In this document: positions 27,795 through 37,191 of the stretch, in pieces
Numbering within the stretch: the first letter of the stretch is position 1
Layout of the letters: each line of letters begins with the position of its first letter
NCBI GenBank assembly: GCA_049516875.1
Contig: JBEKSS010000001.1
Coordinates: 224,001-288,000 of the forward strand
DNA: 64,000 bases
Source: Candidatus Bathyarchaeia archaeon
GTDB lineage: Archaea; Thermoproteota; Bathyarchaeia; Bathyarchaeales; Bathycorpusculaceae
Direction: 5' to 3'
Position numbers and translations under genes: made by a program
Notes under the pieces: generated by a model
The model's database searches: none
Told to the model about the DNA's origin: nothing
Seen by the model: the letters and a program-made list of their open reading frames with translations, nothing else

Positions 27795-28781
27795 CTAGGA
27801 TATATAAGTCAGAGCGGTAGCGATGGCTCCATAGAGGCCAATGTCGTCGCCTAAGGGTGTAACCATTATTTTGGGGATTCTGTTTATTACGTAGTCTTTC
27901 ACATGTTTTGTTATTGGAGACATGACCATCTTCTTGTTCTTCAGCGTCACGGTCCCACCGACAGTGATCAGTGATGGATCATACGCGTTTACAACGTTCG
28001 CAAAGCCTATTGCGTTTAATACGCCAATTTCCTTGACCAGTTCCACGGACATATTGTCGGCTTCTTTTGCGGCAGCGAACAAGTCACTTGCAGTCAACCT
28101 TGACAAATTGCCTCCTATCCTTTTGAGCAGCAAACTTTGCTTCACTGCTTTTTCGGGCATGTCTTTGAGTCTCATCCTAATGAAGTTTGGGATGTTGCTC
28201 CCTGAACAGTAAGCTTCCCAGTGGCCCCGCTTTCCGCAGCCGCACGTAAGCCTGCCCTCAAAGTCTATGACGATATGACCGACTTCGTGAGCGTTCCCGT
28301 CTTTTCCCAAAAGCAAAGTGCCGTTAACCATAGCTCCGCAGCCTATGCCGGTGCTTATGGTTATGTAGGCATAGTTGTCCAATCCTTTTGCAGCCCCAAA
28401 CATTTTTTCGCCAAGAGCCGCTCCAGCAGCATCGTTGATCAAGCATGAGGGTATGCCCAGTTGCTCTGAGACAGGTTTCGTGAGGGGCACGTAATCAAAC
28501 GGCATGGCCGTAGGATGGATGAGTGCGCCTTCTCTTTGGACCAGAGGACCCGTGGCCGCTATGCCGACGCCCCTTATAGATTTGACGTCACAGCCATGTT
28601 TGCTGCATAAGAAACGCGCAAGCCTGATCATCTGGTCGCTAACTGCCTTGGCACTGCTCTTGTCAACTTTTTCACTTGTTTTCGCCACGAAGTGCCCCTT
28701 TTCGTCTGTAAGAACAACTCTTACCCAAGTGCCTCCTAGATCTATCCCCATCCAGCGTTCGCCCTTAACCAAGCTCCTCAC
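27795..28781 (-). CDS. ROK-family sugar kinase
   Basis: GIDLGGT, NDA, ISTGIG, EVGH, CGCGKRGHWEAY. Confidence 0.93.
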   Translation of the reverse strand: MRSLVKGERWMGIDLGGTWVRVVLTDEKGHFVAKTSEKVDKSSAKAVSDQMIRLARFLCSKHGCDVKSIRGVGIAATGPLVQREGALIHPTAMPFDYVPLTKPVSEQLGIPSCLINDAAGAALGEKMFGAAKGLDNYAYITISTGIGCGAMVNGTLLLGKDGNAHEVGHIVIDFEGRLTCGCGKRGHWEAYCSGSNIPNFIRMRLKDMPEKAVKQSLLLKRIGGNLSRLTASDLFAAAKEADNMSVELVKEIGVLNAIGFANVVNAYDPSLITVGGTVTLKNKKMVMSPITKHVKDYVINRIPKIMVTPLGDDIGLYGAIATALTYIS

Positions 28782-28920
28782 CCACAGAAAACACGTGCTA
28801 CTGCGCTAACATCTCGTACGTGCAGTTTTTATGATTTGTGGGGGTTTTCTGCTAACGTGGGTTAGCCGTTTCAAACCTGTATATGCGGTCGTAAACAAGC
28901 TATGGGTCTGATGTAAGAAA

Positions 28921-29287
28921 ATGGACCACACAGTCGTTCATTTTGACATCCCTACAAACGATGTCGCAAAATTGAGGAAGTCCTACGCGAATTTGTTTGG
29001 ATGGAAGAAGGAAAAGTGGCCTGGATCGGGAATGGAATACTGGGTGATTGAGACGGTTCCGCAAGATAAGAAAGGACGCCTGCTCAGACCAGGCGTCAAC
29101 GGTGGCATTGGAAAGAGACAGAGAGACGAAAGCCGCTTAACTGCATCTCGCAGAATCCGTCGACGAATACAGTAAGAGAATAGAGAAGCTCGGAGGCAAG
29201 ATTACTGTTCCTAAGCAAGAGATTCCTTGAATAGGCTGGTTTGCTATGGCAGTTGATCCAGAAGGCAACCCATTCGCTATAATGTAA
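28921..29287 (+). pseudogene. VOC/glyoxalase protein, disrupted
   Basis: VVHFDIP...GVNGG, then a frameshift to IEKLGGKITVPKQEIP*IGWFAMAVDPEGNPFAIM. Confidence 0.8.
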
Positions 29288-29417
29288 CTCATGGAAACGT
29301 AGTACCTCTGCTCTGACAAAACTCGATTCTTTTTTTCAATTCTTGTTCTCTTTTTTGCTCTCAGTAGGCGCGCTCTGAGCACATCGTCGTTGAAGCGCGC
29401 GCTAACCAAAAAGACCT

Positions 29418-29810
29418 CTACGTTATCAGAACTGCCTCTCTGACACTCTTGAAGTGCATGTCTCCAGTCAAAACCTTCGCCTTAAGCCTTCTTGCCGTAG
29501 CCAACACGTATGCATCGGCCAACCCGAAATCTTTTTCAGTTTTTCGCATTTCTGCGTGCAGAACACCAGCTTCCTTCGAGATTTCCTCATTAACACTGAC
29601 AACTTGTGAATCACTCAACAGAATGTCGTAAGCAGCTTCCACATCCTGTCCATCTCTAGCCGCCTTGCTTATGACCTCGGCAACAGTCACCGCACAAGTA
29701 TACGCTTCATTATTCTCCTCTCCAAAAACAGTGGCAACCTTTGACCCACACTTGCTCCCAATGAGGTACTCTACCCAAGCGTACGCATCCACGACAAACC
29801 TCTTAGTCAT
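29418..29810 (-). CDS. vapC: VapC PIN-domain toxin
   Basis: VVDAYAWVEY, TVAEV, LADAYVLATA, LTGDMHF. Confidence 0.92.
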   Translation of the reverse strand: MTKRFVVDAYAWVEYLIGSKCGSKVATVFGEENNEAYTCAVTVAEVISKAARDGQDVEAAYDILLSDSQVVSVNEEISKEAGVLHAEMRKTEKDFGLADAYVLATARRLKAKVLTGDMHFKSVREAVLIT

Positions 29811-29997
29811 GCGCTTTCAACTCGTCTTCAGCAGCAAAGCGGCTCATACCTCTAAGAACGCCAAAACCATCCTTTCTAACCTTCTTGACAGCTATCTCGA
29901 GGATTTCTCCCTCTCTGATTCTCTTGCTTTCCACAAGCTCCTTAGGCAAAGTAACCACTAAAGAACCGCCGACCCTGCGCGTTTTAACCACAGCCAC
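29803..29997 (-). CDS. vapB: AbrB/MazE-type antitoxin (VapB)
   Basis: KTRRVGGSLVVTLPKE, overlapping the vapC start. Confidence 0.9.
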   Translation of the reverse strand: MAVVKTRRVGGSLVVTLPKELVESKRIREGEILEIAVKKVRKDGFGVLRGMSRFAAEDELKAHD

Positions 29998-30282
29998 AGT
30001 ATCACTGCCATTAAACTAAATAACACTAAAGTTATATTTAACAATTCCGCAGGAGCCAAATCAACGTCCCTAGAAATAGGCTACCTTGTCTTTCTCTTCC
30101 TTCAACTCATATAGCGCGCGCTCAGCCATGTTTATAAGCGCTCAACACTATTGAGCAAATTGCAGGGGGTCACATGTCTGAATCGGAATGGAGATGTCTC
30201 CAGACATGTTTCACAAATCGTAATATAGGTTAAATCTTTTAAAGGGCGAAGGATATACAAGAAACGGGCAAGATGATTTGAA

Positions 30283-30615
30283 ATGAAAGACGGAGAAGAG
30301 AAGAAGGCGATACACATTCTGACGGATCCGAAGCTTTCGGCGATTAAAGCCATGCTTGAAAAAGACCATGCAATAGACTGCATTCTGCTGCTCAACATGA
30401 ACCGTGGAAAATGGAAGGAAGCGAAGGATTTCATGCGCCAAAACCGTTTGACGCTCAGCGATGGCACTTTCAGGGCCAGAATGATAGAAATCGAACAGCT
30501 AGGCCTGGCCAAGAGCGAGCGAATAGACCCACTCAAGAAACTCTACAAAATAACGCCACAGGGCAAAAAAATCGCGGAGCTACTCATAGGACTGTTCGAC
30601 AAACTGGAACAATAA
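30283..30615 (+). CDS. Winged-helix DNA-binding protein
   Basis: LSDGTFRARMIEIEQLGL...YKITPQGKKIA. Confidence 0.8.
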   Translation: MKDGEEKKAIHILTDPKLSAIKAMLEKDHAIDCILLLNMNRGKWKEAKDFMRQNRLTLSDGTFRARMIEIEQLGLAKSERIDPLKKLYKITPQGKKIAELLIGLFDKLEQ

Positions 30616-30813
30616 TCCCGAAAAAGGCAAACGCGCACAACTGTACAACACTTCTTTTTTCAACGTTCACTGTACACTAGGCTGGCCGTCCTTCCTTGGA
30701 GTTTGCGTATTTTTGTCATACACATAGGTAATCTTGTGTAGTGAGTCGTAAGATTTAAAAGTGTAGCCTCCACTAAAATACTCAATAACTCCAGAAGGAG
30801 GGATAAGAAAAAA

Positions 30814-31236
30814 ATGAAAATATTGAGAAGCAGAAAAGCCCTAAGCCCCGTAGTAGCCTCAATCATACTCATCGCCGTAACAGTCGCAGTCAGCATAGCA
30901 GTAGCAGCATGGATGGGAGCACTAACATTCAACTTCATGGCAACAGAACAAGGACAAGTGACAAATCTAACATTCACAGTGGGAGACGCTACCAGTGGAA
31001 AGATTATGGTCACATTCAATAACACTGGAACGAACGCCATAACAATCAATGAATTGTGGGTGAATAACGCGAAGGTAACAACCGGCATAAGCCCAGCATT
31101 AGGCACGTCAACATTAGCTAATTCAGGAACCCAGTACACGGTGACAATAGCTGTTGTTGCAGGCTCCCAGTACGAAGTTAAATTGGTGTCCTCGAAGGGC
31201 AACGCATTCCCAAGATCTGGCACAGCGCCCACCTAG
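30814..31236 (+). CDS. Archaeal type IV pilin
   Basis: Class III signal peptide RKA|LSPVVASIILIAVTVAVSIAV. Confidence 0.92.
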   Translation: MKILRSRKALSPVVASIILIAVTVAVSIAVAAWMGALTFNFMATEQGQVTNLTFTVGDATSGKIMVTFNNTGTNAITINELWVNNAKVTTGISPALGTSTLANSGTQYTVTIAVVAGSQYEVKLVSSKGNAFPRSGTAPT

Positions 31237-31318
31237 TCTCCCTTTATTTCACTAATGTCAAGGGCGGGGTGAAGAATCCATAGTTTCCCATATTGTTTCA
31301 TGTTTGGAGGTGCAATGA

Positions 31319-31744
31319 ATGGTTGTGGAAATAAAAGAGTACGGTTCAGCAGAAGAGATAGCAGAAACCTTGGATAAAGATATTTCCGAAACGAAAAGCA
31401 CGTTAGGCGAGTACCTGCGTCGGTTGGATGACATCAGAGCCTTGGCTGAGAAGTCGAAGAAGATTCGTGAGGTAGTCATGAAGCTCGCTGGAAAGAAGGC
31501 GTCGTCTGAAAGCTTGGGAGAGATTTCAGTCGGCAGTTTGAGCATAGTGTTGGATGCAAATCCGTTCCACGAGTTGACGGCCATCGAGGAAGTTGTGCGA
31601 AGCCATCAGGAAAGGTTGCTGGTTTTGCAGAAGGCTCGCGACGCGTTAAAATGGCTTGACCAGCTCGGCGACACCGAAGGCCTAAAGTATCTCGTCATTG
31701 AGAGCGACGGCGTTCCTGAACGAATACTCTTCAGAATAACTTAG
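31319..31744 (+). CDS. Coiled-coil hypothetical protein
   Basis: 141-aa ORF with a GGAGGTG RBS, first of a three-gene run. Confidence 0.8.
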   Translation: MVVEIKEYGSAEEIAETLDKDISETKSTLGEYLRRLDDIRALAEKSKKIREVVMKLAGKKASSESLGEISVGSLSIVLDANPFHELTAIEEVVRSHQERLLVLQKARDALKWLDQLGDTEGLKYLVIESDGVPERILFRIT

Positions 31745-31763
31745 CCAGACGAGAAGTGAAAAC

Positions 31764-32576
31764 ATGGAAAACGACGTTTACTCTTTTGCCTTAAGGAACA
31801 CTCTGAACGAAATCACTAACGCATGCCCAGACATCCAAAGCATTTTCTTGTTCAAAGAAGACGGTGACATCATAAGCGGAGAAGAAAAAGCCCAAGAAGA
31901 AGCCGCAGTGCACACTGTCGACGCACTTGATGACGTTCTGGAAAAAGCTCAAACCCTAGGCGGCGTGCAAAACATAATCCTTGAGGGCACGAAGGGCACC
32001 GTAAACGTTTCCCGTATGAACGATTTTTACCTGGTGACCGTAGTTCCGGAAAAAGCAGACCTAGAATACGTAAACACTTTAACAAATGTCCTTGTGCCAA
32101 CAGTTCTGAAGCTCCTTGAGAAAATCAGCCCTGCCGTCAACAGAGACGGACAGTCTGAACCTGAAAATGAAGAGCCCACGGTCAAACCAGACTTCAAGCC
32201 CATAGAGGAATCTACTGAAGAGACTGCAGAGAAGCACGAAGAACACGAGGTGTCCGAAGCTAGCCCCGAAAGAATTCTTCCTGAGCCTCAGGTAAACCAG
32301 TTCATCGTGGAGAACGTCGGAGGCCTGTTTTCATCATCAGACACCGTGCGCATCGACAGCGATACAATGTCACAATGGACAGAACAGTATGAAGACAAAA
32401 AAATCGAGCAGGCCACAATCGAAACTTTTGGAGGAAAATCAGTCCACTGCAAAGTCAAACCAATAAGAGACTCAAAATACGAAGGCAAGGGTATCATACA
32501 GATTCCTGAAAGAATCCAGCAATCTCTAGAAATAAGGAAGGGCGAACTCGTCAGGGTTAAGCCAATAATCGAATGA
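31764..32576 (+). CDS. Roadblock/LC7-like domain, acidic linker and C-terminal beta-barrel domain
   Basis: LNEITNACPDIQSIFLFKEDGDII N-terminus. C-terminus GIIQIPERIQQSLEIRKGELVRVKP. Confidence 0.65.
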   Translation: MENDVYSFALRNTLNEITNACPDIQSIFLFKEDGDIISGEEKAQEEAAVHTVDALDDVLEKAQTLGGVQNIILEGTKGTVNVSRMNDFYLVTVVPEKADLEYVNTLTNVLVPTVLKLLEKISPAVNRDGQSEPENEEPTVKPDFKPIEESTEETAEKHEEHEVSEASPERILPEPQVNQFIVENVGGLFSSSDTVRIDSDTMSQWTEQYEDKKIEQATIETFGGKSVHCKVKPIRDSKYEGKGIIQIPERIQQSLEIRKGELVRVKPIIE

Positions 32577-32589
32577 TGGAGGCCGCAAC

Positions 32590-32985
32590 ATGGTCAAGCA
32601 GAAGAAAAACCTTCAAGAAACTGCCAGCGAACTCGAGCCCATAGCCGTTGAAAGCGCAGCATGCGAAAACAACATACGACCCATCTTGGAAGAAATCAAG
32701 AAATGCGACGGAGTAATAGGCTACATCCTCAGAAACACTACTTCAGCGACAATAGACCTTAACGATCCAACCAAAGTCATAGACTATGCCGTTCTTTCTT
32801 CCTCAACCTTTGAAGCAAGCGAACAACTCTCAGAATTGTTTGACTTAGGCAAAGCCAAAAACATCATCGTGGAAGGAAAAGACGGAAAAACGCTCCACCT
32901 CAGCGTCGGCGAAAACAACATAAGCATATTCATGGAAAAGAGTGCAGACGCAAGAAAAATCCTGGAAAAAATGCATTCATCATAA
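32590..32985 (+). CDS. Roadblock/LC7-like protein
   Basis: ILEEIKKCDGVIGYIL...LFDLGKAKNIIVEGKDGK. Confidence 0.7.
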   Translation: MVKQKKNLQETASELEPIAVESAACENNIRPILEEIKKCDGVIGYILRNTTSATIDLNDPTKVIDYAVLSSSTFEASEQLSELFDLGKAKNIIVEGKDGKTLHLSVGENNISIFMEKSADARKILEKMHSS

Positions 32986-33230
32986 AGACAGACAATGAAT
33001 CCGCTGCACGCACCGGTTGGCCATTCGACAAAGTTCTTTCCCTAAAACAAGCCACGGAAAACAGTACAAAGTATCCTTTTTTCTTCGTTCATTGTTTTCG
33101 AGTTTGAGTTTACATACGGGCGCGGCGAGATTCCTATTCTATGTTCTTTTTGGGAATATTGTGATAAGAGAAATAAAGTATTATCTATTAAGATACAATT
33201 TACTTCATGTTGACATCAAGGTGAAGGACA

Positions 33231-33524
33231 ATGTTCAAAAAAACTGAATTCTGTGGAGACATTAACTTGAATGAGCAGCTTGGGACTAAAGAAAGGATAG
33301 AGGCTACGTTGCAAAAGTTGCAGGCTTTGAAGAGCAGAATATCAGAATTGAGAGCCCAGTGTGAGGAACTTCAAAGGTTACGCGCTGAAGATCAAAGCAG
33401 TGCTTTGCGTTGCGACGAATGCGGCGGTGCGATAGAGCCAGGGCAGGAAGTCGAGGCCAAGAACTTTGGCGAGAAAGTACATCATTACCATAAAGAATGT
33501 TTTCGAAAACTCTGGCTGCAATGA
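33231..33524 (+). CDS. Coiled-coil plus single LIM-like Zn finger protein
   Basis: CDECGGAI...YHKECF. Confidence 0.65.
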   Translation: MFKKTEFCGDINLNEQLGTKERIEATLQKLQALKSRISELRAQCEELQRLRAEDQSSALRCDECGGAIEPGQEVEAKNFGEKVHHYHKECFRKLWLQ

Positions 33525-33591
33525 TTCTTGCAAGTGCCTCCCGCAAACCGCGTTCACGAACAGGTACTCCGCTGCCTGAGGAGTACTGCAA

Positions 33592-33855
33592 TTAGACACT
33601 CGCTTCTGTTTGAGGCTTCATCGTCTCTTGCAGGGTCTTCTCCGCAGTCGCGATGGAAAAGAGGAGGTCATCGATGGTAGCAACAAACGTTGGGAACCCT
33701 TGATGACATCTTATCTTGGTGACGACCTTTTTGTTTTCACTTCGCGTTTTGACTGACAGACCGGCGGGGCTTGCCGAGTTGTCCGGAGACACTGCGTCAG
33801 CAATGGCTTCTGCAATTCTCGCGTTATCATACTCTATGGCTATTTCAGCTTCCAA
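33592..33855 (-). CDS. pcc1: KEOPS subunit Pcc1-like
   Basis: AIADAVSPDN, ATIDDLL. Conserved rps15-DHH-pcc1 order. Confidence 0.8.
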   Translation of the reverse strand: MEAEIAIEYDNARIAEAIADAVSPDNSASPAGLSVKTRSENKKVVTKIRCHQGFPTFVATIDDLLFSIATAEKTLQETMKPQTEASV

Positions 33856-35302
33856 TTCTCTCGCCTTTCAGTTTTCTCCCCACCAGTTCGTTCACGATTT
33901 GTATAAAGTTGTCTATGTCTTCAATGGGAACCTGCGCGCCGGCGGCAACGTTGTGTCCTCCGCCTTTTCCTAGAAATCTTTCTGCGGCAACCTGCATGAT
34001 CTCTCCCAGATTAAGGCCCCTGCTTGTGACCGCGTCCGAAGTTCTCGCGGAGATTTTCGCTATGTCTTCTCCTTCGACGCTTGAGTAAGCAATCAAAGGC
34101 TTTTCCGGGTTCGGAAGGCTTCCCGAAAGTATGGATGAAATCGCGCCGATTATCTTGTCGTCGATGAAATTCTCGCCAGAGACAACATATATGTTTTCTA
34201 ACTCTTTGACGCGTTCAGGTTTCTCCATTACCCATCCGAGGTACTTGTTTAGCGTTCTTCTATAGTCTTCCAGAACCTTGTTCGCCCCCTCAAGCCCTTG
34301 TCCCCTGTCGCCCATACACACAGCTACTCCAAGACCCGACTTGTCCATTCTACCAGTGGCGTTCAACAGGACAGCAAATTCTCTCGCATCCCGGAGCGGG
34401 GTCCAAGATTCTTCACGGTTCAATATGTAAACGTGCCCGATGAGATTCGACACTTCGTAGCGCAAACCCCTTGAGAGCAGGTGATCTGCCAAAGCCGAAC
34501 ACAATCGCTTCTTCTCTTCCTCTGAAAGGTCCCTAAGAGCCCGCCATTTGTCACCTTCTCTTGGTTTGATGCCCAGACTTGCCAAGAAAGCCAAGCTCTT
34601 GTCTTCCTCGCCGCTTATGCCTGGGATGAACGGGCTTGTGGTAGATGCCAAGGTTTTGTGGATGGGACGTGTTTCTCTGCCGAAGAATATCAGATCTTTC
34701 TCCACAGTGAGAAGGCCTGAACCTTTCGCATCTTCAAGTATTCTCCCGTTAAGCCCTCCGAGCATTCGCTGATCATACTTGTCCTGCATATCTCCTAACG
34801 CCCCGACGACGGCAATCGGAGCTAAATCAACGTTAACCTTGTCAATAGCATCGGCCACAAAATAGGCCACACCAGCTCCGCTCACGTCTCTTGCCCCGTC
34901 AATTCCATACAGATGGGGGTTCACATGCACGAAGTTGTCTGACTCCTTGCCGACGATTTGATGGTGGTCTAGGATCACAATCTTAAAGCCCGCGAGTTTC
35001 TGATTCAACAAGTCGACGTACCCGCTTCCTAAATCGGTGAAAATCACCAATTGCGGTTTATCCGAAAGAATCTCGCCCACGATATTCTGCTCAATCCACT
35101 GGGTTATTCGAATTCGAAATCTTGCGTCAAGCCTGAACAATGCTTTTCCGATGATCCCCGCTGCTGCAACTCCATCAGCATCCAAATGTGAAAAAACATG
35201 GATAAACCCGTCTTCCTTAACCGTCTCCAAAATCGTCTTAGCCGCCTGGCTAGCCGAATTCAAAAAACACGCAACTTGGTTCTCGTTCAGCGTTGAAGCC
35301 AT
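33845..35302 (-). CDS. DHH-family phosphoesterase (RecJ/Cdc45-like)
   Basis: SHLDADG, TDLGSG, LDHH, VGALGD, GGGHNVAAGA. Confidence 0.93.
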   Translation of the reverse strand: MASTLNENQVACFLNSASQAAKTILETVKEDGFIHVFSHLDADGVAAAGIIGKALFRLDARFRIRITQWIEQNIVGEILSDKPQLVIFTDLGSGYVDLLNQKLAGFKIVILDHHQIVGKESDNFVHVNPHLYGIDGARDVSGAGVAYFVADAIDKVNVDLAPIAVVGALGDMQDKYDQRMLGGLNGRILEDAKGSGLLTVEKDLIFFGRETRPIHKTLASTTSPFIPGISGEEDKSLAFLASLGIKPREGDKWRALRDLSEEEKKRLCSALADHLLSRGLRYEVSNLIGHVYILNREESWTPLRDAREFAVLLNATGRMDKSGLGVAVCMGDRGQGLEGANKVLEDYRRTLNKYLGWVMEKPERVKELENIYVVSGENFIDDKIIGAISSILSGSLPNPEKPLIAYSSVEGEDIAKISARTSDAVTSRGLNLGEIMQVAAERFLGKGGGHNVAAGAQVPIEDIDNFIQIVNELVGRKLKGERIGS

Positions 35303-35314
35303 GGACTATCACCG

Positions 35315-35392
35315 AAAATAACTATTACCCAAGGTTTATAACAGTTCGGCTTTCATCCCCACCCTAGAGGATGGGGACTTCCCGCCAATAAG
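35315..35392 (-). mobile_element. Solo IS200/IS605 left-end remnant with TATA box
   Basis: Aligns to 43263-43342, the left end of the TnpB element, including the TCCCCA...TGGGGA hairpin and TTATAA. Confidence 0.85.
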
Positions 35393-35442
35393 GGATAAAA
35401 TCCGCAAGACATATTTTCCGACAGGAATTTGTACGAAAACGG

Positions 35443-35883
35443 CTATGTTATCCAAGCTATCTTCGCTTCGTACTTCCAGTTCGGCGGTAAGATGCCCACG
35501 CGTTTGTAATACCTTGATATCTTGTAAATCTTTGCCTCAATCAGCTGAAGCGCTCTTTTGTTAATCTGGTCTGTTCTGTTCTTTTCAAGATGAAGACCAA
35601 GGCTTTCAGCTTTCTTGAGCAGACTTGCCAAGTCTTCTGGCAACGATGGAGCAAGTTCGTTTTCTTTGAGTACCTTCATCACTCTTTTTCCGATTATCGG
35701 TCTTGCCAAGGGAATCGCGTGCTGATCTCTAAGGATTGTCCCGATGCGACTGGGAGAGTTGCCTTCCTTCCCCAGTTTGACGATCAAAGCTTCCACCTCT
35801 TCTGGCTGGTATTTGCACCAGCTCGGAGGTCGTTTGCTAACAGGTCTTATCTGATGAGACTTTCCCTTTTCTTGTTTAGGCAT
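35443..35883 (-). CDS. rps15: 30S ribosomal protein S15 (uS15/S13e)
   Basis: PSRIGTILRDQHAIP, LPEDL, LIEAKIYKISRYYK. Confidence 0.96.
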   Translation of the reverse strand: MPKQEKGKSHQIRPVSKRPPSWCKYQPEEVEALIVKLGKEGNSPSRIGTILRDQHAIPLARPIIGKRVMKVLKENELAPSLPEDLASLLKKAESLGLHLEKNRTDQINKRALQLIEAKIYKISRYYKRVGILPPNWKYEAKIAWIT

Positions 35884-36012
35884 CAACCATCCCTTAAACT
35901 CTGTATCAGCGAAGGTACGCGCATATTTAAGAGTAACTGAATCTACAGGCAAGAATATTTCGAATTTTGATTCTCGATTCAGAACTTTTTTAGCCCTTTT
36001 GAGAGGTGATAT

Positions 36013-36591
36013 TTGATGAGCAAAATGACTGATGAGTTGACAGCATGGCTTCTGAGCTACGAGACTGGTAGGGCATGGTACAATAAATTACTTTCTGATG
36101 TTACAAAACGCATCTATTTGCAACAGTTCAAACGATATTGTGATGCTGTCAACAAGAGCCCTGATGAACTAGTTGAGCTGAAAATTGAAGGATTGAAGTC
36201 TATTAATACATCAAGGGAATTTCAGGCTGAGAACCTTTTGGAGACTTTCCTGTCAACCTCCCACTTGACTCCAAATATGAAGGATTCTGTAAAGACTGCG
36301 GTTCCGAGTTTTTACGCAAAGAATAGGCGGAGACTTGAGCCAGATACAGCAGAGAATTTTCAAGTGCCTGAACCGAAGAAACGTTGTCCTTCAACCCAAG
36401 ATTTGTTGGAGTTGGAGAGTGCATTTACGACTCTTCGAGATAAGGCTTTGTTGTGGTTTGTAGCATCTGCACCTTTCCGCCTCACTTCAATTACACGATT
36501 GAAATGGAGAGATTTGAAACCGACAAATGACAAAGAAATTCCTTACTGTATGGTCATCGAGGGTGTAAGGCTTTCTGTACTGATGGCTTAG
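36013..36591 (+). pseudogene. Tyrosine integrase N-terminal fragment
   Basis: Core-binding region, then RDKALLWFVASAPFRLTSITRLKWRDL (first catalytic Arg box). HxxR and the catalytic Tyr are missing. Confidence 0.78.
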
Positions 36592-36611
36592 ACTAGAAAA
36601 AGAGAGTGGGT

Positions 36612-37124
36612 TTAGTAGTAGTATGTTATCGTTACGGTTTCAGTTGCTCCATCGACTAGGTTCCCGTTTCCGACCCCGACTGTTACGTTTGAAGAGGGTA
36701 ATACTGGAAAGAATGACCCGACTGGGCCAACGATTTTTGAGGTGTTATAGCTGAGAGCATCATAAAAGTAGTCGTTCCATGAAAAGTAGATTACGTGAGC
36801 CCACACACTTGCATTTGCCGATAGAACTGTAACAGTAACATATCCTGCATAGTTTGTTGAAAACGTCCAATCGTTCCAAGCAATCCCTGACCCCGCCGCA
36901 GGTTCACTTATGGTTTGGTTATTAACCCAAACTGTTGAGTTGGCAAGGTTGACGATGCTCGTCAAGTTATTCATTTGACTTTGCAGACTTGTGATTGTGT
37001 TATCTTTATCGTCAATTTGCCATCGGTATAAGGAGGTTGCTCCGACTAGACAAGCTACAAGGATTATGCACACTATTTCAAGTGCAATGAACACTCTTCT
37101 ACTCACAACTTTCTTTTCACTCAT
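36612..37124 (-). CDS. Membrane-anchored exported hypothetical protein
   Basis: TM helix, short coiled coil and a beta-rich domain ending TITYYY. Confidence 0.75.
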   Translation of the reverse strand: MSEKKVVSRRVFIALEIVCIILVACLVGATSLYRWQIDDKDNTITSLQSQMNNLTSIVNLANSTVWVNNQTISEPAAGSGIAWNDWTFSTNYAGYVTVTVLSANASVWAHVIYFSWNDYFYDALSYNTSKIVGPVGSFFPVLPSSNVTVGVGNGNLVDGATETVTITYYY

Positions 37125-37191
37125 TTTTGAACCCCTAGTTTGTCTTCTGTTGCTGTGTTGATTTAAGATTTCTGTCTTCTTGAAAAATGGT

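Noticed and set aside
28803-28867. GCTAAC...GTTAGCC as an integron attC site
   Set aside because: The R boxes look plausible, but I could not form the internal L-box stem, and no IntI-type integrase is present.
29220-29235. In-frame TGA in the VOC gene as selenocysteine or readthrough
   Set aside because: The gene also has a frameshift and the position is not a Cys site, so ordinary decay explains it.
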